A DNA stretch of 56,715 nucleotides from an uncultured Terracidiphilus sp. (GCA_964610185.1 CAZSVJ010000001.1:1-56715); one strand, 5' to 3'. Positions 1-8,933 are shown, numbered from the stretch's first letter. Made by a program: numbers and translations. The notes: generated by a model from the sequence alone, not told the origin.

Positions 1-947
1 CCGGATAGCCTCCATGTATTGATCCACCTGCTTCGCCTTCCAGTTTCCCCTTTGCTCCACACCGTCTAAAGACGAGAAGCTGGTGCTCTCCAGGCCGATT
101 AGCACTTGAGCGCATCCCGAGTCCTTCATCATGTCCAGCAGTTCCAGGTCGTCGGCCACTGATATGTCTGTCTCCGTAAACCATCGAACATTCTCCCGAG
201 CCAGAGCGCGAACCAATTGCTTCCCATGAGCTTTGTTCACGAATGTATTGTCGTCCGCGAACTCGATGAATGGCCTGTTCCAGAGCGACTTAATCCTCTG
301 AATCTCCGCGATAACACGCTCTACCGGCTTGGTCTTATACTCCGGCGATATTCGAATGGACGCTGCGCAAAACTCGCAGCGAAATGGACACCCTCTTTGC
401 GTTTGTACCGTAAGGCGGTTATAGCGTTCGGGATCAAGCAGCTCAAATCGAGGCATCGGCGAACGGCTCAAATCGAAGCTCGCCTTGCGCGCATCGTATA
501 CCTCGCGCAGTCCCCCTGGCGATTCCGCCAAATCGGCCAGCACAAGTGGCCATACCGTCTCACCCTCTCCTATGACAATTGCATCCGCATGACTTTTTGC
601 CTCTTCAGGCACGGCGCTTACGTGGAGCCCCCCAAGAATAACCTTGGTCCCAAGCGCTCTATACCTATCCGCCAAAGCGTATGCTTCGCCGATTTGGGCA
701 GAAAAACTGGAGATCGCCACCACGTCGAATTCTTCCGGGACGCCGGAAACGCCGGGAATATCCGACACTTCCAAGTACCTTGTATCGATCGATGCCGGGG
801 TGAGACCGGCAAGCGTCAACAGCCCAAGACTCGGCAGCGATGCGATCACATGATTGCGCTCTATAAAACCTGGAAGAGTTAGTCCCAGAGCAGTTTGTTC
901 CGGATGTGTGCACGGACCCCACTCATAGCGATCAATCCAAGTTTCAT
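1..947 (-). pseudogene. B12-binding radical SAM protein, runs off the left edge, with an apparent 1-nt frameshift near 904-908 (pseudogene or sequencing error)
   Basis: Manual translation. ATG at 947 (ATGA overlap with the upstream gene) gives MKLGLIAMSGVRAH then IRNKLLWD-stop. The frame ending at base 1 continues PEQTALGLTLPGFIER...KVILGGLHVS...TVQTQRGCPFRCEFCA (CxxxCxxC)...FADDN...WFTETDIS...SGCAQVLIGLES. Confidence 0.85.
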
Positions 948-1327
948 TGCCGCCACCAACCGATCAAGATCGCGAGGATGCCAACGGTAGCTGCTCCCAC
1001 GGGAATCGGAAACAGATTACGGAGCGGAACTCTCCAAGCCGTCAGGAAGCAGCAAATCGGCATAGTGATGGCGGCCACAATGAGACCAATCGAGGCAGTT
1101 TCTAAGTTCCAACCATGGAGCTTCAATAGGCCGGCCGTAGCCGCAAAGATGAGATTAAGAAAACCGAGGCCAAAGAATGATATGTGGCCCAATCTAGTTA
1201 GCCGACGGCGATGGGACGCGTACCCGCCCATCCAATCTTCGCGATAGAAAAACAGTCCAACAATGGCGCCGGAGAGCACCCCGGCCAACATACCTAGCCA
1301 GCCGCTTACAAGATTCAATTCAGGCAA
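944..1327 (-). CDS. Small integral membrane protein (about 4 hydrophobic segments); start uncertain
   Basis: 127-aa ORF with hydrophobic stretches and an RRLTRLGH motif; its stop overlaps the radical SAM ATG. Confidence 0.75.
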   Translation of the reverse strand: MPELNLVSGWLGMLAGVLSGAIVGLFFYREDWMGGYASHRRRLTRLGHISFFGLGFLNLIFAATAGLLKLHGWNLETASIGLIVAAITMPICCFLTAWRVPLRNLFPIPVGAATVGILAILIGWWRQ

Positions 1328-1579
1328 ATGTGGCTACCTTCGTTGGCGAAAGTATACAAGGGATTGCAAGATATCGTGTTCTGAACGGCTGACCGCCTCC
1401 CCGGCAATTGCTCTCTCGTCACCTAGGCGAGCTTGAGCCTGCCGCGCGCGGTCTTGATCCCACCTCGTGATCTGGCGGAACGGCAACCGGAAGCGCTTCG
1501 CTCGAATGTATCCGCATGGACTGTCTTGCGCTTCCTATTCCCCTGACTTCCGGCCCGTTTCATTTTCTGCTTTGTTATG

Positions 1580-3535
1580 TCAGGGCTTGATCCAATCTCC
1601 TTCAAGCACGCTCGCATCAAGGTCTCTCAAAGCGTTTAAGAGCTTCCCCGCCTTGGCATTGTCACACCCGGTGGCGGTTGGCGCCGGCGCAAAGCCGGCA
1701 ATAGCAGCAAGGGCGGCTTTGCGCGAAAGCTTCGAAAAGTCCGGCGGGGTTGCACTTCCATAACACGGTTGGATGATGGCGCTGTAGTGCTTCCAGAAAT
1801 TTGAGACCATGCCCGGCCAAAAACGCAGCCGGTAGGACTGGTCCGCGTGAAGCTGGGCATAATCGTGGTCGGCGCCTGCGATCTCAGTCGTATGCAGGGC
1901 ACCCGTTCTGGCGCGCTGATAGTACTCGAACATGAAGCCCGCATGAGCGTCCGGATCGGTCTTGTCGCCGTTGAAGTAAGTATTGAATGTTGGTTCATCC
2001 GCCCTCATCCGGGTCATGAGAGCGGGCCCGTCCACCGGATCGTTTGTCTGATAGTTTCCCGAAGCCCACGTCGCCTGGTGCTCGGGAGGAAGAGGCATTT
2101 GCGTCGGGTTTTTGTCGGTGAGAGCGCTCCACTTTGCGAGCACATCCGCTGCCCCGGCGCCGGTGGGACAAGTGGCGCGCGTCCAACCCCAAAAGGTCCG
2201 CATGTTGGGAAAGGCCTTCAGATAATACCGCTTGATCGTGTCCTCATCCCCGGCAAGACACGCAAGCGCGAGCAAATGCTTGGTCTGGCCCGCGGCTTTG
2301 GGGAATATCGCCGCCAAACTGACCAGCGCATCAAACCGAATTTTGCCTTTCACGTCTTCGTTATAAATCGACTCTGCATAACTGTGTCCGGACAAGACGA
2401 CGCGCGACATACGATCTGTTCCGTCTGCCTCGGTCTGCGCGTAGACCGATATTACATGGGCCAGATCGTCACGGTCCGACGAACTCTGCGCGGTGATGAG
2501 CGCCTTCAACGCATCCGCGTCGGTCGGCTTAGCCAGCTTCAGGCTGTCTACGAAAGCTTTGATTCCCGAGTCCTGGGTCAGGTCGTAGGTAGCGCCGCCC
2601 GCCTGCGTCGCTTCCTCATGCTCCGTCACTGTCACCGTGGTCACTTTGGTGTCGGTCTTGCCGTAGATCTGGTTGAGCTTCTGAACCTCGGGCCCGTAGT
2701 TGTTCATTCCGATGTAAAGAATGTTTCCGCCGGCAGCCGGCGCTCGTTGCACATGCCGGCCTTGCTCGGTCTGCGAGGAAGGGAGGACCCTGTCCCCGGA
2801 TGCATGACGGGAAGATCGCTTCGCCCCTCCCTGTTGAACCACGTGTGCCAGTTCATGAGCCAGCAGGCGGCGGCCGGAATCACTGGAAGTCTCCATCCGT
2901 CCGTCGAACGCAATATTCGAATCCGAGGTATATGCGCGGGCGCCGATGCCGCGGGCGGACTCGGCGGCGCGGTCGTCGTCATGAATGCGGACGGCGGAGA
3001 GGTCAACGCCAAGGCGCGGCTCAAAGAAGGACCGGTCAGTTGCGGCTAACGGCCGGCCTTGAGAGCTGAGGACTTGGTGGACGGATTGGGGCGCGGGGCC
3101 GCCGGAGTCGCCGACGCTGGCAGGCTTGCGCTGGACATTGGGGCGCTTGTCTTCTTCCTCTTTCTTGCACTCAGGGCACATGCGGCGCACGATGCTCGTG
3201 GATTCCTTGCGCTGGACTTTTGCTTCCTCTTCTTCTTCTTGACATGAGGCGCAGGCGCGGCGGACGACGGGGGCGGAATCCCGCGCGGCGACGGCTGAGT
3301 CCGTCATGCGCATGACACGGTCCGCCACTTGATCGGCTTCGGTTTCGAGCGGATCGTTGGTTGCGCCTACCTGGAGCTTGGTTTGGATTCGCGTTGAGGA
3401 ACGAGAGAGACGCAAGGCGGCCTGATTGCCCCAGTAGGCTGGGGAGCTGTTCTGCCGCGAATGAGGCATGTGGCCGTGGCCGTGTTGAGCGGGTTGCTGC
3501 GCGGAATCCGTAGTTCGGGATGCAAGCTTATGCAT
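1580..3535 (-). CDS. DUF4157 (eCIS core) protein 1 with C-terminal putative His-Cys (clan CD-like) domain
   Basis: GGAGGAG RBS before ATG at 3535 (MHKLASR). Motifs GNQAALR, IQTKLQVGATNDPLE, FFEPRLGVDLSAVRIH...ARAYT...LLAHELAHVVQQ. C-terminal region has VVLSGHS...LLALACLAG. Confidence 0.85.
   Translation of the reverse strand: MHKLASRTTDSAQQPAQHGHGHMPHSRQNSSPAYWGNQAALRLSRSSTRIQTKLQVGATNDPLETEADQVADRVMRMTDSAVAARDSAPVVRRACASCQEEEEEAKVQRKESTSIVRRMCPECKKEEEDKRPNVQRKPASVGDSGGPAPQSVHQVLSSQGRPLAATDRSFFEPRLGVDLSAVRIHDDDRAAESARGIGARAYTSDSNIAFDGRMETSSDSGRRLLAHELAHVVQQGGAKRSSRHASGDRVLPSSQTEQGRHVQRAPAAGGNILYIGMNNYGPEVQKLNQIYGKTDTKVTTVTVTEHEEATQAGGATYDLTQDSGIKAFVDSLKLAKPTDADALKALITAQSSSDRDDLAHVISVYAQTEADGTDRMSRVVLSGHSYAESIYNEDVKGKIRFDALVSLAAIFPKAAGQTKHLLALACLAGDEDTIKRYYLKAFPNMRTFWGWTRATCPTGAGAADVLAKWSALTDKNPTQMPLPPEHQATWASGNYQTNDPVDGPALMTRMRADEPTFNTYFNGDKTDPDAHAGFMFEYYQRARTGALHTTEIAGADHDYAQLHADQSYRLRFWPGMVSNFWKHYSAIIQPCYGSATPPDFSKLSRKAALAAIAGFAPAPTATGCDNAKAGKLLNALRDLDASVLEGDWIKP
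2930..3390. repeat. Near-identical DNA block shared with about 5629-6090 (N-terminal region of DUF4157 proteins 1 and 2)
   Basis: Long identical runs, e.g. atatgcgcgggcgccgatgccgcgggcggactcggcggcgcggtcgtcgtcatgaatgcg and gggcacatgcggcgcacgatgctcgtggattccttgcgctggac, occur in both places. Confidence 0.9.
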
Positions 3536-3655
3536 GGGCGCTCCTCCGGGAAGAAAGAGCAGCGCCCGACGCCTGTGCAGCGCCAGGGCGCGGAGAGAAC
3601 CTTGCGGATGCAGCCATTTGTGGATACGGCTGGGAGAATGGCCGGTGGCAACGGA

Positions 3656-3681
3656 GAAAGGGGCCCCACGCGGCTCCTTTC
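3656..3681 (-). terminator. Terminator-like hairpin downstream of tRNA-like copy A
   Basis: Sense sequence GAAAGGAGCC-GCGTGG-GGCCCCTTTC (one mismatch) followed by TCCGTT; homologous to the hairpin at 8934-8961. Confidence 0.55.
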
Positions 3682-3703
3682 GCGATGCTTGCACGGCTCA
3701 TGA

Positions 3704-3764
3704 TGCTCTTACGGGATTCGAACCCTCTAACGCACAATGCGCTCTTCTCGCCAGACGTGAGAGC
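3704..3764 (-). ncRNA. 61-nt tRNA-like structured RNA, copy A
   Basis: GCTCTCAC-GTCTGGCGAGAA-GAGCG-CATTGTG-CGTTA-GA-GGG-TTCGAAT-CCC-GTAAGAGC-A: acceptor-like stem, GG-containing D-like segment, central hairpin and canonical T-loop. Confidence 0.6.
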
Positions 3765-3773
3765 GACAGTTGG

Positions 3774-3803
3774 AACGAACTTCGAGTTGGAGCGGCCAGT
3801 CAA
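3774..3803 (-). promoter_or_regulatory. Putative sigma70-type promoter for copy A (good -35, weak -10)
   Basis: TTGACT at 3803-3798, conserved spacer gccgctccaactcgaa, TTCGTT at N18; homologous to 9053-9082. Confidence 0.4.
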
Positions 3804-3949
3804 GAGATTTTCTTCTCCCAAGTTTCCCGACATCAAGTATCAAGAGCCGGATGCGATAAATCCGAAGCTCTTAAAGGAATAACCGCGGGTCCTTTGAATG
3901 CTCCCGTCACAAACAATACGGCAAACACTGACAGTACCGATAACAGACC

Positions 3950-4093
3950 CTAGAAGCGGTCTCATAAATGCTCTTGCCCCGCAAAAACCGTCCCTCAGGG
4001 GCTAAAGCCCAGTGATTTTCGCGGCGTTTTGCGGCACGATCCGCCGCGGCGGATCGTGCCCTTTCAAAACGCCATTTACGAGACCGGTTCTAG
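3950..4093. mobile_element. 144-bp MITE-like element with terminal inverted repeats and internal REP-like palindromes
   Basis: CTAGAAGCGGTCTCATAAATG ... CATTTACGAGACCGGTTCTAG (19/21 inverted match). Internal GGGC-TAAA-GCCC (3999-4010) and a perfect 28-bp palindrome at 4033-4060. Confidence 0.75.
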
Positions 4094-6228
4094 AGTCCCA
4101 GGGTATCGAGAACTTTGCCGGCTTCAATCTGCATTCCGCAGGCTCCGGGCTGAGCGGCTTTGGGCGACGGGAAGGGCGGACGGGCCTCGATCCGGTCGCC
4201 GCTCAATGCGCTATGCGCCAGAGCCTGAATGAATATTTCCGCGATCTCCTGGGAGAGCGGTTTCACATTATCGGATGCCTTCTTGGCAAGGTTGTATCCC
4301 ACATGCTTATCTCCGACGCGCGAAGCCACATAGTTGCATGCGAAGACTTCAATTTTAGGCGCGAATTTGGCAATCAGGTCGGCGGCGTTGGTGAGTTTTC
4401 CGGCCGGATCGAAGACACCTCCGTTCATGGTGAGGAAAGTATGGGCGCGATCCTTAAATGCGGAGCCGGGCCCGCTGGAGGAGACATAGTCGCTGAGCGC
4501 GTCGGAGAGCTTTTTGCCGGCGGGGATGTTGGGAGCCGTAAGCGCGGTTGGGCTGCCGGTGGCGACGACATAGCCCGCGATGTCACCCTCAAGATTAATG
4601 GTGCCGCCGTAGTCGGACGGGGCGGGCAGGAAAGCGTCGCTCGCGGGCGCTGACGGAGCCGACGCGCGTTCGAGGGCGACTTTGCCGGTGCCGCCGCCGA
4701 GATCGCCGAGCCAGGTGACGACCTCAGTTCCCGTGCCGCCCATGGGAACGTCCTTGACGAGGTAATGGTAGCTGACGTCCTTGGCGTAATCGGGATCGAA
4801 TCGCGCATCGAGGGCGATGATGACGTGTCCCATGTCGATCTTGAGGGCTGGTGAGCCAACGTCCTGGCTTGCCTTGAGAGCATCAAATAGCCCACAGTCG
4901 AGAATGCCGCGCACGTCGGTGGGGACGCTCTTGTCAGGCGCCTGTGAGGGACGAGTGAAGCGCTGGAAGCCTTCGTTTCGCGTAGCGCTATGCTCCCCCG
5001 GATCTCCCGGCGCGCCGGAGCCGGTGTAATCGAGGCTCCAGGTTGTGCCGTAATAGATGCCCCGAATGGCGTGAATCTGATCTTTGGCGCCAGTGATTCC
5101 GGCGGCATCAAGTTTGGTCTCCGCGGCGCGAATCAGGGTGAGGAATTCGGTGAACGAACTTGCTTTGGCGAATTGGGTGGTGCAAGCCGGCGGGGGAGCA
5201 GGGTCTTTCTTCTGATCCGCATCGAGCTGTGCGCCTGGCAGCTTGTCCGGTTGTTTGTCCGGCTGCTTATCCGGCGGAGCCGCGGAGCAATCCGGTTTCC
5301 AGCCGGACGGGCAGTCGGCAATGACATCGGGGCCGTCGTAGTGTGTTTCCGCGCGGCACTGTGCGTTGTAGGTTGCGATCTCCTCACAGGTGGGAATGCC
5401 GCTGCGTTCGCCGCTGGGACAGCCGCCGCGCCTTTCGACGCATTTTTTCTGGTCGGCGGCTGGACCCGATTCCTGCACTTGTTCCGGCACCGGGTCCCGG
5501 CGAAGCGTGGAGGCGACTGGCGCAGCCTGTGCCTGCACGACATGAGCCAGCTCATGGGCGAGGAGGCGGCGGCCGGAGCTGCTGGAGGCTTCCATGGGTC
5601 CGGCAAATGCGACATGGGAACCGAAGGTATATGCGCGGGCGCCGATGCCGCGGGCGGACTCGGCGGCGCGGTCGTCGTCATGAATGCGAACGGCGGAGAG
5701 GTCAACGCCAAGGCGCGGCTCAAAGAAGGAACGGTCAGGCGCGGCTAACGGACGGCCTTGCGAGCTGAGGACTTGGTGGACGGATTGGGGCGCGGGGCCG
5801 CCGGAGTCGCCGATACCGGCGGCCTTGCGCTGGACGTTGGGGCGCTTCTCTTCTTCCTCTTTCTTGCACTCCGGGCACATGCGGCGCACGATGCTCGTGG
5901 ATTCCTTGCGCTGGACCTTTGCTCCCTCATCTTCCTTTTGACATGAAGCGCAGGCGCGGCGAACGACGGGGGCGGAATCCCTGGCGGCGACGGCGGAGTC
6001 CGTCATGCGCATGACACGGTCCGCCACTTGATCGGCTTCGGTTTCGAGTGGATCGTTGGTTGCGCCTACCTGGAGCTTGGTTTGGATGCGCGGAGATGTG
6101 CGCGAGAGCTGGCGCAGAGCCGTCTGGTTGCCTGCATATTGCATGGTCCGCGGAAAAACGGCGCCATACTGCGTGGGCGCGGCCACGTGCTCGCTTAACC
6201 TGCCCGGTTTTGATATCAGTTCATTCAT
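4090..6228 (-). CDS. DUF4157 (eCIS core) protein 2 with Cys-rich linker and uncharacterised C-terminal domain
   Basis: ATG at 6228 overlaps the upstream TGA (ATGA). GNQTALR/IQTKLQ leader and LLAHELAHVVQ. C-terminal motifs IRGIYY, IDMGHVIIALD, TWLGDLG, NLEGDIAG. Confidence 0.85.
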   Translation of the reverse strand: MNELISKPGRLSEHVAAPTQYGAVFPRTMQYAGNQTALRQLSRTSPRIQTKLQVGATNDPLETEADQVADRVMRMTDSAVAARDSAPVVRRACASCQKEDEGAKVQRKESTSIVRRMCPECKKEEEEKRPNVQRKAAGIGDSGGPAPQSVHQVLSSQGRPLAAPDRSFFEPRLGVDLSAVRIHDDDRAAESARGIGARAYTFGSHVAFAGPMEASSSSGRRLLAHELAHVVQAQAAPVASTLRRDPVPEQVQESGPAADQKKCVERRGGCPSGERSGIPTCEEIATYNAQCRAETHYDGPDVIADCPSGWKPDCSAAPPDKQPDKQPDKLPGAQLDADQKKDPAPPPACTTQFAKASSFTEFLTLIRAAETKLDAAGITGAKDQIHAIRGIYYGTTWSLDYTGSGAPGDPGEHSATRNEGFQRFTRPSQAPDKSVPTDVRGILDCGLFDALKASQDVGSPALKIDMGHVIIALDARFDPDYAKDVSYHYLVKDVPMGGTGTEVVTWLGDLGGGTGKVALERASAPSAPASDAFLPAPSDYGGTINLEGDIAGYVVATGSPTALTAPNIPAGKKLSDALSDYVSSSGPGSAFKDRAHTFLTMNGGVFDPAGKLTNAADLIAKFAPKIEVFACNYVASRVGDKHVGYNLAKKASDNVKPLSQEIAEIFIQALAHSALSGDRIEARPPFPSPKAAQPGACGMQIEAGKVLDTLGL

Positions 6229-6764
6229 ACGCCTTGATCCACGCAGCGCTGCCACAGTCTTTCAAACTTCAATGGGCGATAATACTGCGCGCCATACTCG
6301 TGGGCAGCCGCGAGAATGCGGATGCCTCGGCACCGAAGCACTTTTTGCCTGGGCTGTGAGTTGTCATCCAGCGCCTCCCCAATCGCGATCGCTAGGCCGC
6401 GCTTGGCGTACAGATGCTCCGACCCTGAGTATCCCTCCGCATATACCTCTGGCGACAGGCGGGCCTCGGGATCGCCAAGCTCCGCGACCGCCGCAAGCGG
6501 TGGTGGCTCCAGAGTCTCGATCGCTACAACCCGGCCGGCTCTGGAAAACACCTGAAGGCCGAGCGCCGCCTTCTCCGGCGCCTGGAAGATCTGTAGCAGC
6601 GCGGGGTACGCTCCCAGCCTCGACTCCGTTGCTGTGTTCGAGGCGCTGAGAATCTCCTCCACATCCACGACCAGAGAGTTGGGCAGGCCATGCCACTCCG
6701 CCAGCCGGAAGCTGAGAAGCGCATCGAGAGCGATTTGAAGTTCGGTAGGCATTGTCACCAACAT
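6225..6764 (-). CDS. Hypothetical protein between DUF4157 genes (possible immunity or partner protein)
   Basis: 179-aa ORF starting 4 nt after the protein 3 stop and overlapping the protein 2 start. Confidence 0.7.
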   Translation of the reverse strand: MLVTMPTELQIALDALLSFRLAEWHGLPNSLVVDVEEILSASNTATESRLGAYPALLQIFQAPEKAALGLQVFSRAGRVVAIETLEPPPLAAVAELGDPEARLSPEVYAEGYSGSEHLYAKRGLAIAIGEALDDNSQPRQKVLRCRGIRILAAAHEYGAQYYRPLKFERLWQRCVDQGV

Positions 6765-6768
6765 TCTT

Positions 6769-8850
6769 TCAGAGCCCGATCAGCGATGTCTTGCCGTGAA
6801 GAAATGCCGCTCGAAAACGATCTTCGCCAACCAGATCGTGAATCGTCTGCGCGTTAGCGCCGCCCTGCTGGTACCCCGGTGTCACAGCGCTCTGCGGCGC
6901 GGCGCATGCCCCGCTCAGGCCCGAGGTCAGTTGTGTCAGCAACGCGGGCGTTTGGGCTGCCTGTTCGCGGAGGAATTTGAACAGTTCCACGCCCAATACC
7001 TCGGCACAGCCCTCAATCAGGGCCTGATCGAAAGTCACTCCATTGGGGAACCGGGGAGAACTTTCGGCAGCGGCGCTAAAATCCGGGTGAGCAAGCGAAT
7101 GCATCAACTCGTGACAAAGGGTACGAATCGTCTTCCAGCGCATATCGCATTCGCTCACCGTTGCGGAAACCTCAGTCGAAATGGCAACTTCGTTCGTGTT
7201 CGGATCGAAATGCCCGGTGTGCCGGGAGACGTCTTCGGCCATTTTCTGCATTGCAGGGTCCTGGTCGAGCGATTCCAGCACCTGATCCATTGCCTTGGCA
7301 TCCCGCTTTTCGTCGAAGTTAGTTCGTGAAAAGAGCGACGGCCCCTTCGCGGTCGATTGTCCCGCCATGGTAGCGCGATTCCGCATCAGGCCGATACGAT
7401 CCTTCTTCGTGATCGGCAACGGCTGGCTCTTGTCGTCGGTGGTTACGCTCGAAATGTGCTGGCTGTACTGCCAGCCGGTGAGCCAACGATTGTCGCGAGC
7501 GGTCCCAGCGTAAGGTGCAAAGAAGCTAAGCGCCTGAGCCTGAATAAGGTCCCCGATGGTACGGACGTCCGCGATGGGTTGCTTGCGAACGCCGGGCCAG
7601 TTGGCGGGGTTGGCCTGCGATGCCGAAAACACCGCCTTTGTGAGTCCGGGAAGCTCGAGCTTGAAGGTCGCCTCATCAAATTTCCCTGCCGGCGGCGCGC
7701 TTGAATCCGGCGGCGGATTCAGCAGCGGATCAATCACCTTGTTCTCGCTCGCGGTCGAAGCGGGAAGTCCACCGCTGATCGCCTCCTCGGCCCAGCCGGA
7801 CTCGACCAGCACCTCACGCTCGAAGTCTTGCTTTGCCGAGCCGAGCGCGCGAGTTTTTGAAACTGGAGCACGATCTATCAAACGCTGAAAAGCCTTGGCG
7901 CGATCAAGGGCAGGGGCAGTCGCGGTGTTTTCCGACAGCAAATCCAGAGCGTACAGCAGCCACTCGATCTGGGAGGGTGGAAGCGCCTGAATCTGCCGAA
8001 CAACAACCGGATCGAGTGGCTTGCCGGAGTAGGAGGCATATCGGCTTTCAACGGTCTTTTCGTAGTCCGCGGGCGCAATCTTGATCAGGTCGCCATAGTC
8101 CACGTTCGCCTGGACCTTTCCAAAGTCGACGACAGCGCGAGAGACAGCAGTCGGTGCGGCGGTTACACTCTGCGTTCGCGCCCCGAACGAAGGGCCATTG
8201 GTCCTGGGAGCGCCGCTCTGTTGCAGCGTGTGCGCCAGTTCGTGCGCTAGCAGCCTCTTGCCGGCGTGCGTGCCCGGTGCGAACTTTCCCGCGCCAAAAG
8301 CAATGTGATTGCCTACCGTGAACGCCTGTGCCCCAATCGAGTTCGCTGAGCTTGCCGCATGCGCGTCGGCGTGAATCCGCACATTCTCCAACCCGGCATT
8401 GAGGCGCGGTTCGAAAAACCCGCGCTCCGCCGGTCCGAGCGGCTTTCCGCCGGAAGAGACAACGTCTTGAACTGAGTCTGGCGCGGGACCGCCGGAACCG
8501 CCAACCGTTGCCGACTTGCGCTGGACGTCAGGCCGCTTTTCTTCTTCTTCCTTTTTGCACTCCGAGCACATGCGGCGGACTGTGCCGGCAGATTCGCGCG
8601 CTGGCGGGGCAGGATCAGCCATGCGCATGACGCGGTCGGCGACTCGATCGGCCTCGGCTTCGAGTGGATCGTTGGTGGCGCCTACCTGGAGCTTGGTTTG
8701 GATTCGCCGGGAGGTGCGGGAGATTCGCAGGGCGGCCTGATTGCCCCAGTAGGTTGAGGTGCAGTGCTCCCGCGATTGGGGCGCGGGGGCGAGGCGGGGC
8801 GAAGCGAATTGCTGGGCGATGTCCGCTTTTCGGGAGGCGAACTTACGCAC
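6769..8850 (-). CDS. DUF4157 (eCIS core) protein 3 with C-terminal zincin-like metallopeptidase domain
   Basis: GGAGG RBS before GTG at 8850 (MRKFASR, paralleling MHKLASR). LLAHELAHTLQQ, plus a second HExxH...E motif (TLCHELMHSLAH...LIEGCAE). Confidence 0.85.
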   Translation of the reverse strand: MRKFASRKADIAQQFASPRLAPAPQSREHCTSTYWGNQAALRISRTSRRIQTKLQVGATNDPLEAEADRVADRVMRMADPAPPARESAGTVRRMCSECKKEEEEKRPDVQRKSATVGGSGGPAPDSVQDVVSSGGKPLGPAERGFFEPRLNAGLENVRIHADAHAASSANSIGAQAFTVGNHIAFGAGKFAPGTHAGKRLLAHELAHTLQQSGAPRTNGPSFGARTQSVTAAPTAVSRAVVDFGKVQANVDYGDLIKIAPADYEKTVESRYASYSGKPLDPVVVRQIQALPPSQIEWLLYALDLLSENTATAPALDRAKAFQRLIDRAPVSKTRALGSAKQDFEREVLVESGWAEEAISGGLPASTASENKVIDPLLNPPPDSSAPPAGKFDEATFKLELPGLTKAVFSASQANPANWPGVRKQPIADVRTIGDLIQAQALSFFAPYAGTARDNRWLTGWQYSQHISSVTTDDKSQPLPITKKDRIGLMRNRATMAGQSTAKGPSLFSRTNFDEKRDAKAMDQVLESLDQDPAMQKMAEDVSRHTGHFDPNTNEVAISTEVSATVSECDMRWKTIRTLCHELMHSLAHPDFSAAAESSPRFPNGVTFDQALIEGCAEVLGVELFKFLREQAAQTPALLTQLTSGLSGACAAPQSAVTPGYQQGGANAQTIHDLVGEDRFRAAFLHGKTSLIGL

Positions 8851-8933
8851 GGGCAGGCCCTCCGAAAGAAAGGAAGTCACGCAAGGAGGAATTTGAGCTG
8901 GTAGAGAGGCTCTGGAGTTGCGGCTGGAAATAG

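Noticed and set aside
3536-3694. N-terminal extensions in the ORF track (1580..3694, 6769..9021, 9129..12206, 20442..21062, 33603..39110)
   Set aside because: Better starts with an RBS or stop-start overlap lie downstream; the extensions run through RNA elements or neighbouring genes.
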